20,000 nt of DNA from positions 484,892 through 504,891 of the forward strand of contig AP039715.1 in assembly GCA_051599415.1 (NCBI GenBank). Reading direction: 5' to 3'. This document shows, one piece after another, positions 1 to 9,478 of this stretch (positions are counted from its first letter, which is position 1; each line of letters opens with the position of its first letter). Made by a program: the position numbers and the translations under genes. The stretch is from Savitreella phatthalungensis. Its lineage: Eukaryota. The notes under the pieces were generated by a model. The model had not been told where the DNA came from. It made no database searches and was given only the letters and a program-made list of their open reading frames with translations.

Positions 1-867
1 GAATTGAGGTTTGGAGGGCTAGAAAGCTGTGCCAGGCTTGTCGAGCCAATACTCCTTGAGAAAGGTATTGTTCTCTTGCATACATGCACAATGCTATTTT
101 TCTATGTGAAGGTCTAATCAGAATCCCCAGTTTTAGCAGCTCAGCGCTTGTCTTGCTTTTGCCACCAAGATTCTTTAATACCTATGCTAAAAAGCAATTC
201 TTGACACGTCTGTCCCCAAATTTGTAAAAAATTGCGAACAAGGTTGTTGAATGCTCATGTATATTGTTAGTGCTTCATGTCTTTTGTTGTTTTCAGGAGT
301 ATCCATCTGCCCGGGACAGCCTTGTGATTGGCTCGCGAACTTTGCAGGACTCACTCGATGTGAGACTAGTATCCTATTCCTCATGCTTGGCGGAATCTGA
401 TTCTAACCCAGAATGCCCATGCCAGAGTATCATCCGCGGGATAGGTGCTGTTACGGCCAGGGACCACACAGTGCGTTGCGGGCATCGGACTATGAACACG
501 TTGAGGGTGGGCACACAGAGGCTCACTTAGCCTCACGACAGAAAAGTATACGGATGCTTTCGATACCGAAACATGAATTGACAGCATGTGAATACATGTT
601 AATCATCCTACAAAAGCCTATGCTTTTAAGTTGTCAAGCAATTTGACGCCCAAGAATTTCTCAATATCCCCCAAAATCTGTTGCAAGTGTCAGCTATGTA
701 CAAAATCACGTCAGAATGCTGAGTGCACCTGTTGAACTTTGAGTCGTTCTTGACTAGCAACTTTTGCCTCGATAAACTCTGCGTGGGCTTCTGCAACCTG
801 CTGATTCGAAGAGCATCCTTTATAGCTCAAGCGCCGAGCTTCATTGACATGGAGTTCTTAGCTGCTC

Positions 868-2110
868 ACTGTCGCAGAGAAGAGTCGCAGGACCGCGGAG
901 CCGCTGACGAAACAATCATGACAACAACGCAAACCATGCCGGAGGTCCCGTTGTAACAACTCAAGAAATACGAAGATCACAAACAGCAATAGAAGATTCC
1001 CGGTGACACAGCTCGCAGATGTCGCGGAGGACGGCCGCAGGACGCAAGAGCGACGGACGAAGCGACACGGACACGAGCCGGACAACACAGAAGGACACAG
1101 ACGGAGTCCACCGAGGAACACAGGGAGATACAGACAAGTACAAAAAGACACAGAGGGACTACAAGAGACGGCCTAGGCAGTGACGCTGAGCATGCTATAC
1201 CTGATACAAACCACAGCTCTGCTGACATGGCAGGTTGACAGGGGTACAAGAGGACGCAACAAGCAGTATGGAGACAGCGTGCCAGATATCTCCAGAACCA
1301 GGACCTAGCACAGAACAATACTATTTGACAGCTTCATACGGGGCTATCACCTTGTCATACATAGACCGAGTGATTGCGTAAGTGACAGCGTCGTGTACAA
1401 ACCGTATACGATCGACCCGCGTCACAGAGTGGTCGCGACAACAGACGTCATCTGACATGTCCAAGGTGTTGCGGCTGCAACATATTTCAGTTTTGCTGAC
1501 ATTGCAGATCTTAAGACACGATCAATGCACGCGAGAGTGCGCAGCTTGCAGTTTGAGAGTGCGCAGCTTGCTATGCAAATAGAATTCACCAACACCTAGT
1601 ACAGGAGAAGTACCTTTTGTTAAAGTAGGTGTCAAGCATGATTGGTCAGCTTACTATCGCGGAGGACGGGCGCAGGACCCGATAGCGACGAATGAGACTA
1701 CACGTACACAAACCAGACAACACAGGAGGACTTGCATGGAGCTCAAACAACAACACAAACAGTTTCAAATGCTTACACAAAAGTACAGACACAGAAGAAC
1801 GGCAAGAGGTTGGGCCAAGTTGGAGGTGCCAGACCATGCTATAATTGATAGATACCACGACTCTGCTGACTTGTCTGATCACTGCTGACGCGGCAGGCTC
1901 GACCCAGGTACAGAAAGACACAGCGTGCGAAATACAGAGGGGCGTTTAAGATACCACCAACGCCAGGACCTAGCATGGAACAAGATTATCCAATAGCTCC
2001 ACAAGGGGCTACAATCTCGTCATACACAAAACAAGTGATGGCGGAAGTGACAGCATTGCGTACGAGTGTATACAAGCAGCCCGGACAACGAGCGCGGTCG
2101 CAACACCTAC
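868..2110 (+). repeat. Diverged local duplication: partial copy ~868-950, copies ~1020-1445 and ~1656-2110
   Basis: Collinear shared blocks: tcgcggaggacgg(c/g)cgcaggac (1022 / 1657), gacaacacag, catgctata, ctctgctgac, ccaggacctagca (1298 / 1963), ggggcta, gtcataca, aagtgacagc. A shorter related stretch tgtcgcagagaagagtcgcaggac lies at ~870. Confidence 0.8.
1533..1571 (+). repeat. 17-bp direct repeat GAGAGTGCGCAGCTTGC x2 (period 22)
   Basis: Exact copies at 1533-1549 and 1555-1571. Confidence 0.9.
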
Positions 2111-4614
2111 GTGTCACTTCTAGATTTATCGTGAACGGAAGGGTTTGCGATGGTGGCTGTGCTGGATCTATACATTTGACACCTTTGACTGCTCCCGAGG
2201 AGCTGGAACTTGTCAGACATAGTGATTGCGGGACTGTGACTTAGGCATGCATATCTGTTTAGAATATGCCGCGGCCTCTAGGTTAGTCGTGACACCCAAG
2301 ACTTGAAAGATCAGGTTCTCCTGTATCGTCTGATTTGTGAATGTTTTGTTTAATCCGCCGCTCTCGGGTCATGCGACTGTCCCCCGCAACAGCGAGCTGC
2401 AACAAGCCTTTGGTCTTGACAAGCAAGGGAGAATCTGGTGCTGCTGGCGCACACCGGCAGGACATGTACAGACAAAGACGCTACTCATCCTCAGGCTTCT
2501 CAGGAAGCTATCCAAATTCGACCACTCACGTGCGTGAAATTGTTCGGAATTCCTTATGCGCGTATGCATCGAAGCGTTCCCCTCCCAAGATTGTTAGGCG
2601 AGTTAGCTCGAGGAGCCCTCGTTGCTTGTCGCATCTGGAGCTTTCCATTGCGAAGAAGCACAGCTTCGCTAGTGACGGCTTCGTGGGTAGCGCTTGAGCA
2701 AGTGGCCTCGGGCAATGTGAGAGATTGGACAACTACAGGCTTTCACAGAGACGCAGTCGACGAATCTTATCGGTCACGTGCTTGACCTCATGATGCTTTG
2801 CATGTCCGTCAGGAGCACTTGAGCACCGCTCGATGTCGACGCAGGCTAATTGTTTCTTACACAACGAAAGGAATTTAACGCCTCAGGCCATACGATGACA
2901 TCGATTCCGAATGAGCCTTTCGTCCGAGAAGGCGCGCTGTCGAAGTGGATGAATGGAAATATAGTTGTGCCCAATAGCACTTCCTGTCGATTTCCCTTTC
3001 ATCCCTCGATCGCTTTCGATTCCAGGAAAACGTGAGTGGGACGAGAAGAAACAACCATGTGACTGTCATGATCAATCGTATGTCGTCATCATATTTGATT
3101 GCATGATTCAATGATGTGGGCTTGGCTTATACAAGCGATCAGAAAGGCTTGAGCTTGTACTTGTGAAGGTCTCTGGTATTTTTCACGTTGGCTCTAGCTT
3201 GGAGCAAAAGCCCGAGCAGATGAAAGATCGTGTTAGCCGATGACGACATGCCGACATTGCACATCGGCTGCATAGGCTGCATGGGATCCAGCCAAATTGG
3301 GAGAATCGCCTTCTGCATACGCACAAACAACGCCAGCTTCAAGGAGTCAATATGCCCACTGAAGACCAGACAGAATCGATTTGCAGTACGTGATCGAATC
3401 AAGGGTCGATATGATCTGCGACCTCATCAGCTCGGATTTCCGCCGAGCTTGCAGACAGCATTCGATCAATATCTTTACCTCTTGGACTGTAGGTGAAAGA
3501 AATTCTCGATCTTCTCTTTTCGTTGTGCATCTTGCAATTCGTCAAGGAGTGGTGGTGCCGGTGGAGCCCTGGCCTCAATTTTTGTCTCAGCCGCTAATTT
3601 AAGGTAGTCAGATCAGCTGCAGGTCAGCCGTTGAAATTGCTCGCCTGACTGACCAGAACGGGCGCAAGCCGGCTCAATTTGGATTTAAGAGAAGCTGTAC
3701 GGTCGGAAGTTGAATTGCCTTTACTTCGGGAAAACTCCGAAATGTCTTAGCTGTGTTCAGCTACCGGTAGAAGCGGTCTTAAAAGCCTTATGAAGCTTTC
3801 AGATCGACATTGCAGCGGACAAAGGCTGTCTGCTTTGTGTGCTTTGCGCTGCAAGACAATGACTCGAGGTGTTGCGCTAAGGGGCACGCTAAGCACGAAT
3901 TGTCGTTTGTCATAGCGATGTCTCTCGCAGTGGCCGAAGCGATCCTGGTCAAAAAGGATATGAATTCCTATTGGAAGGCGTGATCCAGTCTGAAATTATC
4001 ATCGGTAGGGCACACCACCTCAGGCAGATTGTCATCGGAATATGCTGCCTTGCGGCCTAGTGTGGCCGATGTTCGGACCGCCTTGTCAATCTACGCTCCT
4101 TGCGACATGAAAGAACAACCGTGCATGGTATTCCCTTTGCGCCTCCATGCACCATCGAAATTACTCTATTCTTCCTGCTGAGAGTTCCCTCAGTCTGCGA
4201 GCCCTATGTCAAAGCTCAATGTTAATGTGCACAATGCCACGGCCAGGCTTTAGCGCTTCTGCCGTTGACTGCGTGCAGTGCTGCCACATCATGATCATTA
4301 ATGCGTCTACTGAACAGCTCGGACGACATCGAGCCAAAGCTCGGGCGCGTGACCGTGCGTGTCCACGCGTCATGCGCTCGATAATGCTGGGAACAAGAAT
4401 GGACCCAAGCACGGCTAAGAATTCAATGCCAATAACCCTCAAGCGAGCGCGAGCGTCATCTCAAGCGTCAAAGCTCTTGCAACTCGCGTGTGCGCTTTCT
4501 TTGGTCCCCCCCACACATGCTGGCGATGTGACGTGCAACCACTATCCGAAGACTGATAGAACACGCAGCAGGGTACGAGAGCCGTCAATCGGCTACTCTA
4601 TGTGATGTGAGCTC

Positions 4615-4621
4615 TATAAAA
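4615..4621 (+). promoter_or_regulatory. TATA box of the cell-wall protein gene
   Basis: TATAAAA ~99 bp upstream of ATG 4714. Confidence 0.6.
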
Positions 4622-4713
4622 GCAGGCTCGTTCGCCGACTACATGTTCACCTGTCACTCGTTCCACCGCGTCGCTGTCTGTCCAAGCAGTCTAAGCACAC
4701 TTGACGTCCGGTC

Positions 4714-6168
4714 ATGTCTCTAATCAGCACATTCGCTTGGCTGACAACGATTGCCGCAGCTGGGCCAGTCATGGTGCCGCTTTATCCGCGCGCCGTTACC
4801 GTGGCCGGCAGCGGTTCATGCAGTCTGTCAAACTTCGGATTACTGCCCAGCAATGCCCAGTCGTGCATTGGTGATTACGGAGGTGATGGGCAGCTCTTCG
4901 GCAACGACCACACACAAGACGATACGCTGCTGAAGACGCAGTTCTCCTTCATCAATGGTCTGCTCACGGCGCTTAATGTCCATGTCGACCCAGCTGACAC
5001 GAGCGCGCTTGCTCCTCGCGTCTGCGTGGCGAAGCAAAGCAGTGCAAACCAATTCCAGTGCTCCGGCGACGTAGATGGGCCGACTTCGACGGCATTTGGC
5101 TGCAGCAACGGTTTGCTGACGTTTCAGAACTCCACCGTCTTCTCGGCATGTGGCCCAAGTGCCGATGGTGGCTACAACTACTTCGAAGGCATAGTTGCAG
5201 GATGTAATTCTGTCACTTTTAATCTTGTGGATTATAACGCCTGTTTGCCACAACCTCCCATTACTTCATCGCCACCAATGCCTTCGACATCTACATCAAT
5301 TAGTTCGTCGAGCGTGCCGCTGTCGAGCAGCAGTGCTCTCACGTCCAGCGTTTCCTCGGAAATGTCGTCGATCTCAAGCGCTCCAGCGCTTTCCAGCTCT
5401 GAAGCATCGTCAATGTCAAGCACTGTATCGACGACCAGCTCGTCATCTGAAAACTCTGTATCGTCTGGGTCTTCCATCCCACCGAGCTCCCCCGTCTCCT
5501 CAAGCGCATCCAGCACAATTTCGATGCCCTTGAGCAGCAGTGCCAGCTCGAGCTTGCCATCTTCGACGCCTATGGCAAATTCGAGTCCAAGCATCACGTC
5601 CACTCTTGTACCCAATACGAGCGCGACAACCAGTAGCAGTAGCACAAATACTGCCTCAACCTCGAGCAGCTCGCAAGACAGCTCCAGCTCAAGCCCTACG
5701 CCGTTCATACCAACCCCCATTACTCTCGTCATCTCGACGACTAACACGCCCAGCACATCCCTAATCGTCACCACAATTCCGCAAATACCGTCCGCCACCA
5801 CAGTGTTGACAACCTCCAACATGACCCCATCGACCCCATCGACAATTCCTATCATACCCGCGACACCGCTCACTATCACAACGAGGACGTCAGCTCCACC
5901 CGCGCCGACGCTGGCGACGCCACCGTCCACGCTTACTCTCACGTCCACAGTAAGGACAACGACGACCACGAGATCCATTGTGCCTACAACAACCCTATCT
6001 TCTGCCCTTCTGACCACAACATCACCTTCGGGCGCCACAACGACCTTGCTACCTGCCGGATCCTCGACCTCGATGCCGTCTCTGCCGCGCGCGAGCGCTG
6101 CAGCTCCACGCTTGACCGTCTTAACGTGGACTTTGTTCGCTGCAACGGCCGCAACGCTCCTTCTGTAA
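4714..6168 (+). CDS. Secreted, probably GPI-anchored Ser/Thr-rich cell-wall glycoprotein with a Cys-rich PIR-C-terminal-like N-domain (484 aa)
   Basis: N-terminal signal peptide (MSLISTFAWLTTIAAAG), ~150-aa Cys-containing domain (DGQ...NQFQC...TVFSAC...GGYNY...C), ~280-aa S/T/P-rich stalk, hydrophobic C-terminal tail preceded by small residues (RASAAAPRLTVLTWTLFAATAATLLL). Confidence 0.85.
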   Translation: MSLISTFAWLTTIAAAGPVMVPLYPRAVTVAGSGSCSLSNFGLLPSNAQSCIGDYGGDGQLFGNDHTQDDTLLKTQFSFINGLLTALNVHVDPADTSALAPRVCVAKQSSANQFQCSGDVDGPTSTAFGCSNGLLTFQNSTVFSACGPSADGGYNYFEGIVAGCNSVTFNLVDYNACLPQPPITSSPPMPSTSTSISSSSVPLSSSSALTSSVSSEMSSISSAPALSSSEASSMSSTVSTTSSSSENSVSSGSSIPPSSPVSSSASSTISMPLSSSASSSLPSSTPMANSSPSITSTLVPNTSATTSSSSTNTASTSSSSQDSSSSSPTPFIPTPITLVISTTNTPSTSLIVTTIPQIPSATTVLTTSNMTPSTPSTIPIIPATPLTITTRTSAPPAPTLATPPSTLTLTSTVRTTTTTRSIVPTTTLSSALLTTTSPSGATTTLLPAGSSTSMPSLPRASAAAPRLTVLTWTLFAATAATLLL

Positions 6169-6219
6169 GATAACTGAGTACTTAACTAATGTCCTAATGA
6201 TCTGCGCCAAACTTCCCCA

Positions 6220-7194
6220 TTACAGCTTGACGAGAAGCTTCCCGGTGGACCGCCTGGACTCGAGATCCTCGTGTGCTTGTCGGATTTCCTCAAGCTGATA
6301 GTGTTTGTGAATGGGTATCTCGATTGAATGCTCGGCAAGCATCGTCCAAAGCCTGCGCGACCAATGGTCCATTTCAGCCTCGGTTGCAAGGTATCCAAAA
6401 AGTTGCGGTCTTGCGAGCGTGATGCATTTAGGCGCCAGCCGTAAGATTGTGAGGGGTTCTACAGCCCCGGATGCGTTTCCATACGACGCCAAGAACCCGA
6501 GCCTACGCAGAGACGCGAGTGAAGTATCAAATGTGGTCTTACCAACGCCATCGAACACGCAGTGTACACCTTCTGGCACAATCTCGAGTACCTTCGCGGC
6601 CACGTCATCATCAGAGCGAATGACATGATCTGCACCGAGACGCTTGGCAATTTCCAGTTTTGCTCCCGTCGAAGCGGTGGCGATCACAATCGCGCCTTTC
6701 GCTTTTAGTATCTGAACGAGCCACCCACCCATTCCACCAGCCGCAGCGTGCACAAGTACCCAGTCGTCCTTTTTGACCTTATAAGTAGCCTCCGTCAAGG
6801 TGATGGCAGTGAGGCCTTGGATAAAGCTCGATGCAGCCACCTCTTCCGATATGTGTTCCGGGATTTTCACAATAGCGTTTGTGTCCACAATTGTGTACTC
6901 TGCGTAGGACCCTGAGGAGGCCGAGTAGACGACCCGATCTCCTGGCTTGAATCGGTCTTGACCCTCGCCAACGGAGATAACAACACCAGCACCCTCCTTC
7001 CCCAATGTCATGGGGAGCTTTGACGGATAGAGGCCGGCACGAAAATAGGTGTCGATAAAATTTATGCCAGCAAAGCTGTTCCGCACCAGCGTCTGTTTCG
7101 GGCCTGGCACAGGCACAGGCACCTGCTGCAATTGCATCACCTCGCGGCCGCCAGTTCTAGCGACGCGGACGGCCCGCATACTTGAAGACATCAT
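6220..7194 (-). CDS. ZTA1: NADPH:quinone oxidoreductase, zeta-crystallin-like (MDR family), ~324 aa
   Basis: AGINFIDTYFRAGLYP, LGKEGAGVV, VLVHAAAGGMG nucleotide-binding motif, VFDGVGKTTF, SYGNASG, C-terminal RSTGKLLVKL. Start placed at first ATG (MMSSSMRAV); the ORF-track extension begins at a non-ATG codon. Confidence 0.92.
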   Translation of the reverse strand: MMSSSMRAVRVARTGGREVMQLQQVPVPVPGPKQTLVRNSFAGINFIDTYFRAGLYPSKLPMTLGKEGAGVVISVGEGQDRFKPGDRVVYSASSGSYAEYTIVDTNAIVKIPEHISEEVAASSFIQGLTAITLTEATYKVKKDDWVLVHAAAGGMGGWLVQILKAKGAIVIATASTGAKLEIAKRLGADHVIRSDDDVAAKVLEIVPEGVHCVFDGVGKTTFDTSLASLRRLGFLASYGNASGAVEPLTILRLAPKCITLARPQLFGYLATEAEMDHWSRRLWTMLAEHSIEIPIHKHYQLEEIRQAHEDLESRRSTGKLLVKL

Positions 7195-7285
7195 ATGGTT
7201 GACGAGGTCCCAATGAACGCTGCTGTGCTGAAATACGGGCGCGCTATTTAGTAAACGAAGATCGGCTTCATTTGCGGGGCCGAGC

Positions 7286-7293
7286 TGCGACAC
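7286..7293 (-). promoter_or_regulatory. GYGTCGCA candidate promoter motif in the 118-bp divergent ZTA1/ATG18 gap
   Basis: TGCGACAC on +; same motif recurs in four other upstream regions. Confidence 0.5.
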
Positions 7294-7312
7294 CGGGCGC
7301 CCGCGCTTGGAG

Positions 7313-8500
7313 ATGGCCTCGACCGCGGGAGTGAAGCCTAGAGCAATTACAACCGCCTTCAATCAGGATGGTTCTTGCTGCGTAGTCGCCTCGGACCATG
7401 GCTTCACCATATGTAGCCTCGAGCCGTGGGCACGGATCTACAGTCATCCTAATGGTGCCTACAAGATCGTGCAGATGCTCTTCAGCACATCGCTGATCGC
7501 CCTAGTTGGGCTTGGCGATCAACCCTCTCTGTCGCCGCGCCGCTTGCAGATCTTTAACACCAAGCGCAGATCGATGATCTGCGAGCTGACCTTCCCAATG
7601 AGCATCCTTGCTTTGCAAATGAACCGCAAGCGACTTGCTGTAGTACTTGAGCGACAGATTTACCTGTATGACATATCGAACATGCGGCTGCTTCATACGA
7701 TCGAAACTCCGATGAATCAGCTTGCAGTTTGCGCCCTGTCTCCTTCGGCAGAGAAGTCTATCTTGTGTTACCCAGCGCAAGTAAGTGGCTTGACAGATGC
7801 TGTACACGCTCCGCCAAAATCAGCGAGTATTGTGTCAGGTGACGTTCTGATTTACGATACGCTGAACTGCCAGCCTATCAATGTCTTGGAGGCGCATCGC
7901 GCCAGCCTTGCAATGCTGCAGGTCAACCACACGGGCGAGTTGCTCGCGACCGCGTCGGAAAAAGGCACTATAATCCGTATTTTCAGCCTTCCTGAGGGTT
8001 CGCGACTTTGGGAACTGCGGCGCGGATCTTTACCCGCACGAATAACTTCCATCGCATTTGACAGCCTGTCGGCTTATGTGGCAGTGTCCTCGAATTCTGA
8101 GACAGTGCATGTTTTCCGACTGCAGGCAGATGGCAGCGAGGCCGCAGATGCGAATCGGCCTCCGGGACCACCAAGAAGGACCAGCAGAGGGGCGCTCGGA
8201 CTCATTCGTCGCAGCTCTCAAAGCCTCGGGCGGAGCATGGCAGGGACATTTGCTCCATTCCTTCCCGCTAGCGTGAGTGATATATGGCAGCCAGCCAGGC
8301 ATTTCGCCAGTGTCAAGCTGGACAGCAAGAGTGAAAAGACTTTGACCACGCTCAGCGGCGAGCATATGCACTTGCATGTGCTCACAGACGCCGGACTCTT
8401 GCAGCGCTATTCCTTGAATCAGCGGCACGGTGGAGACTGTGAACTGGTCTCGCAGATTGATCTGCTCTCTCAAGCCGAGGAGAGACGGATTGAGGCATGA
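7313..8500 (+). CDS. ATG18: PROPPIN WD40 beta-propeller autophagy protein Atg18, 395 aa
   Basis: FNQD, QMLFSTSLIALVGLGDQPSLSPRRL, ICELTFP, YDISNMRLLHTIET, LATASEKGTIIRIF, phosphoinositide-binding LRRG, SETVHVFRL, RHFA. Confidence 0.93.
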   Translation: MASTAGVKPRAITTAFNQDGSCCVVASDHGFTICSLEPWARIYSHPNGAYKIVQMLFSTSLIALVGLGDQPSLSPRRLQIFNTKRRSMICELTFPMSILALQMNRKRLAVVLERQIYLYDISNMRLLHTIETPMNQLAVCALSPSAEKSILCYPAQVSGLTDAVHAPPKSASIVSGDVLIYDTLNCQPINVLEAHRASLAMLQVNHTGELLATASEKGTIIRIFSLPEGSRLWELRRGSLPARITSIAFDSLSAYVAVSSNSETVHVFRLQADGSEAADANRPPGPPRRTSRGALGLIRRSSQSLGRSMAGTFAPFLPASVSDIWQPARHFASVKLDSKSEKTLTTLSGEHMHLHVLTDAGLLQRYSLNQRHGGDCELVSQIDLLSQAEERRIEA

Positions 8501-8523
8501 GATACAGATAAGAAGCTACGGAG

Positions 8524-9312
8524 CTACGAATAGAACCGCTCGGTCACATCGATCATGCGCCGTCCCCTGTCGCGCGCCAATTCGTCCGGCATGACCTGTG
8601 CTTGGCTCAAGGCCTCAAAAGTCGCCTTGATCACGTTCATCCCTGTACGACTGCCCCAGACCTTGGCGGAAAGATCCGTGATGCCGGCACACCGGCAAAT
8701 CTCATTTATATAGTGGTTGGCGCGAACGCCGAAGCCAGGAGGTCGCGAGCGGATCTTGAGCTTGACCGCATGGAACTTGTGGTCAACTTCACCATAGATT
8801 GTCCTACCCTGATAGCGCGGCACGAAAAGCATGTTCTTCACAGCTTGAGCGATCGCCTTGCGCTGCGCAACGCCTGCCTCAACGTGTTTGCCCTCGCCAA
8901 GACCGATCATGCCATTGCCATTGCCGACGATAGCGAGGCTGTAGTAACTCGCCTGCTTGCCTTTACGCGTTTGATTGACGACTCGGCGTAGCACAAGTGG
9001 TCGCTGAATTAGCGAGCGAATCTCTCGTGCTTCCAATCCCGTAGCCTTCGCCAACAGGGTCGTCTCATCCTCGCCTGTGCCTTGTCCAGTGGTGTCAGGC
9101 GGTATCATCGGCAATTTCTCGTCATTTTGCAAAGCGATGGGGGCGTAATCGAGCGTCGGGTCGAGCTTGCTGAAATCCGCAGGATAGTCTATCCGAAGAG
9201 CCGTCCTTCTGTATGTAGGGCCGATAACGTCGCGCGTGAGGTCTGTGACTAAGTTTGAAACAGATCTAGCGTGTGCAGCGCGCAAGACCGCCCAAGAACG
9301 ACGAAGCATCAT
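8524..9312 (-). CDS. MRPS5: Mitochondrial small-subunit ribosomal protein uS5m, ~262 aa
   Basis: Arg-rich presequence-like N-terminus (MMLRRSWAVLRAAHARS); S5 motifs RRVVNQTRKGK, IVGNGNGMIGLGEG, PRYQGRTIYG, RPPGFGVR, AGITDLSAKVWGSRTGMNVIKA. Confidence 0.92.
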   Translation of the reverse strand: MMLRRSWAVLRAAHARSVSNLVTDLTRDVIGPTYRRTALRIDYPADFSKLDPTLDYAPIALQNDEKLPMIPPDTTGQGTGEDETTLLAKATGLEAREIRSLIQRPLVLRRVVNQTRKGKQASYYSLAIVGNGNGMIGLGEGKHVEAGVAQRKAIAQAVKNMLFVPRYQGRTIYGEVDHKFHAVKLKIRSRPPGFGVRANHYINEICRCAGITDLSAKVWGSRTGMNVIKATFEALSQAQVMPDELARDRGRRMIDVTERFYS

Positions 9313-9415
9313 CAGCAGCGCTTCCGCACTGTTCACCCGAATGACCCGCTGTTTTCTCTCGATGAGACAGGCAGGACAGAATTTTGACCCGTGTCGATTC
9401 AATAAATTACATTAT

Positions 9416-9423
9416 GTGTCGCA
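9416..9423 (+). promoter_or_regulatory. GYGTCGCA candidate promoter motif in the divergent MRPS5/TRM2 gap
   Basis: GTGTCGCA on +. Confidence 0.5.
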
Positions 9424-9478
9424 GTGTTTACAACCCGTAAAGCCAGGCACGCTGTTGTCGACGAGAGTCTTACGGGTC

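Noticed and set aside
401..530. CTAACCC (telomerase template-like) and ACACAGAGGCTCACTT (RNase MRP CR-V-like)
   Set aside because: Template match is shorter than 1.5 repeats, and no matching GAAAGTCC CR-I partner was found.
620..850. Possible small minus-strand spliced ORF (51-nt GTGCAC...GCTGAC...CAG intron-like segment)
   Set aside because: Weak donor, no clear start, short unrecognisable product.
4147..4605. 152-aa ORF upstream of the wall-protein gene
   Set aside because: No recognisable motif; ends just before the TATA box, so probably promoter DNA.
5232..6038. 268-aa antisense ORF
   Set aside because: Shadow frame of the Ser/Thr-rich codons of the wall-protein gene.
7195..7362. N-terminal extension of the quinone reductase overlapping ATG18
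   Set aside because: Begins at a non-ATG codon; family similarity starts at MRAV.
9313..9402. Longer MRPS5 start and head-to-head CDS overlap with TRM2 (from 9236)
   Set aside because: Both ORF-track starts are non-ATG; the presequence-like MMLRRSW start fits better.
9433..9477. 8-bp inverted repeat ACCCGTAA / TTACGGGT before TRM2
   Set aside because: Short, isolated, not a Reb1 consensus; compatible with chance.
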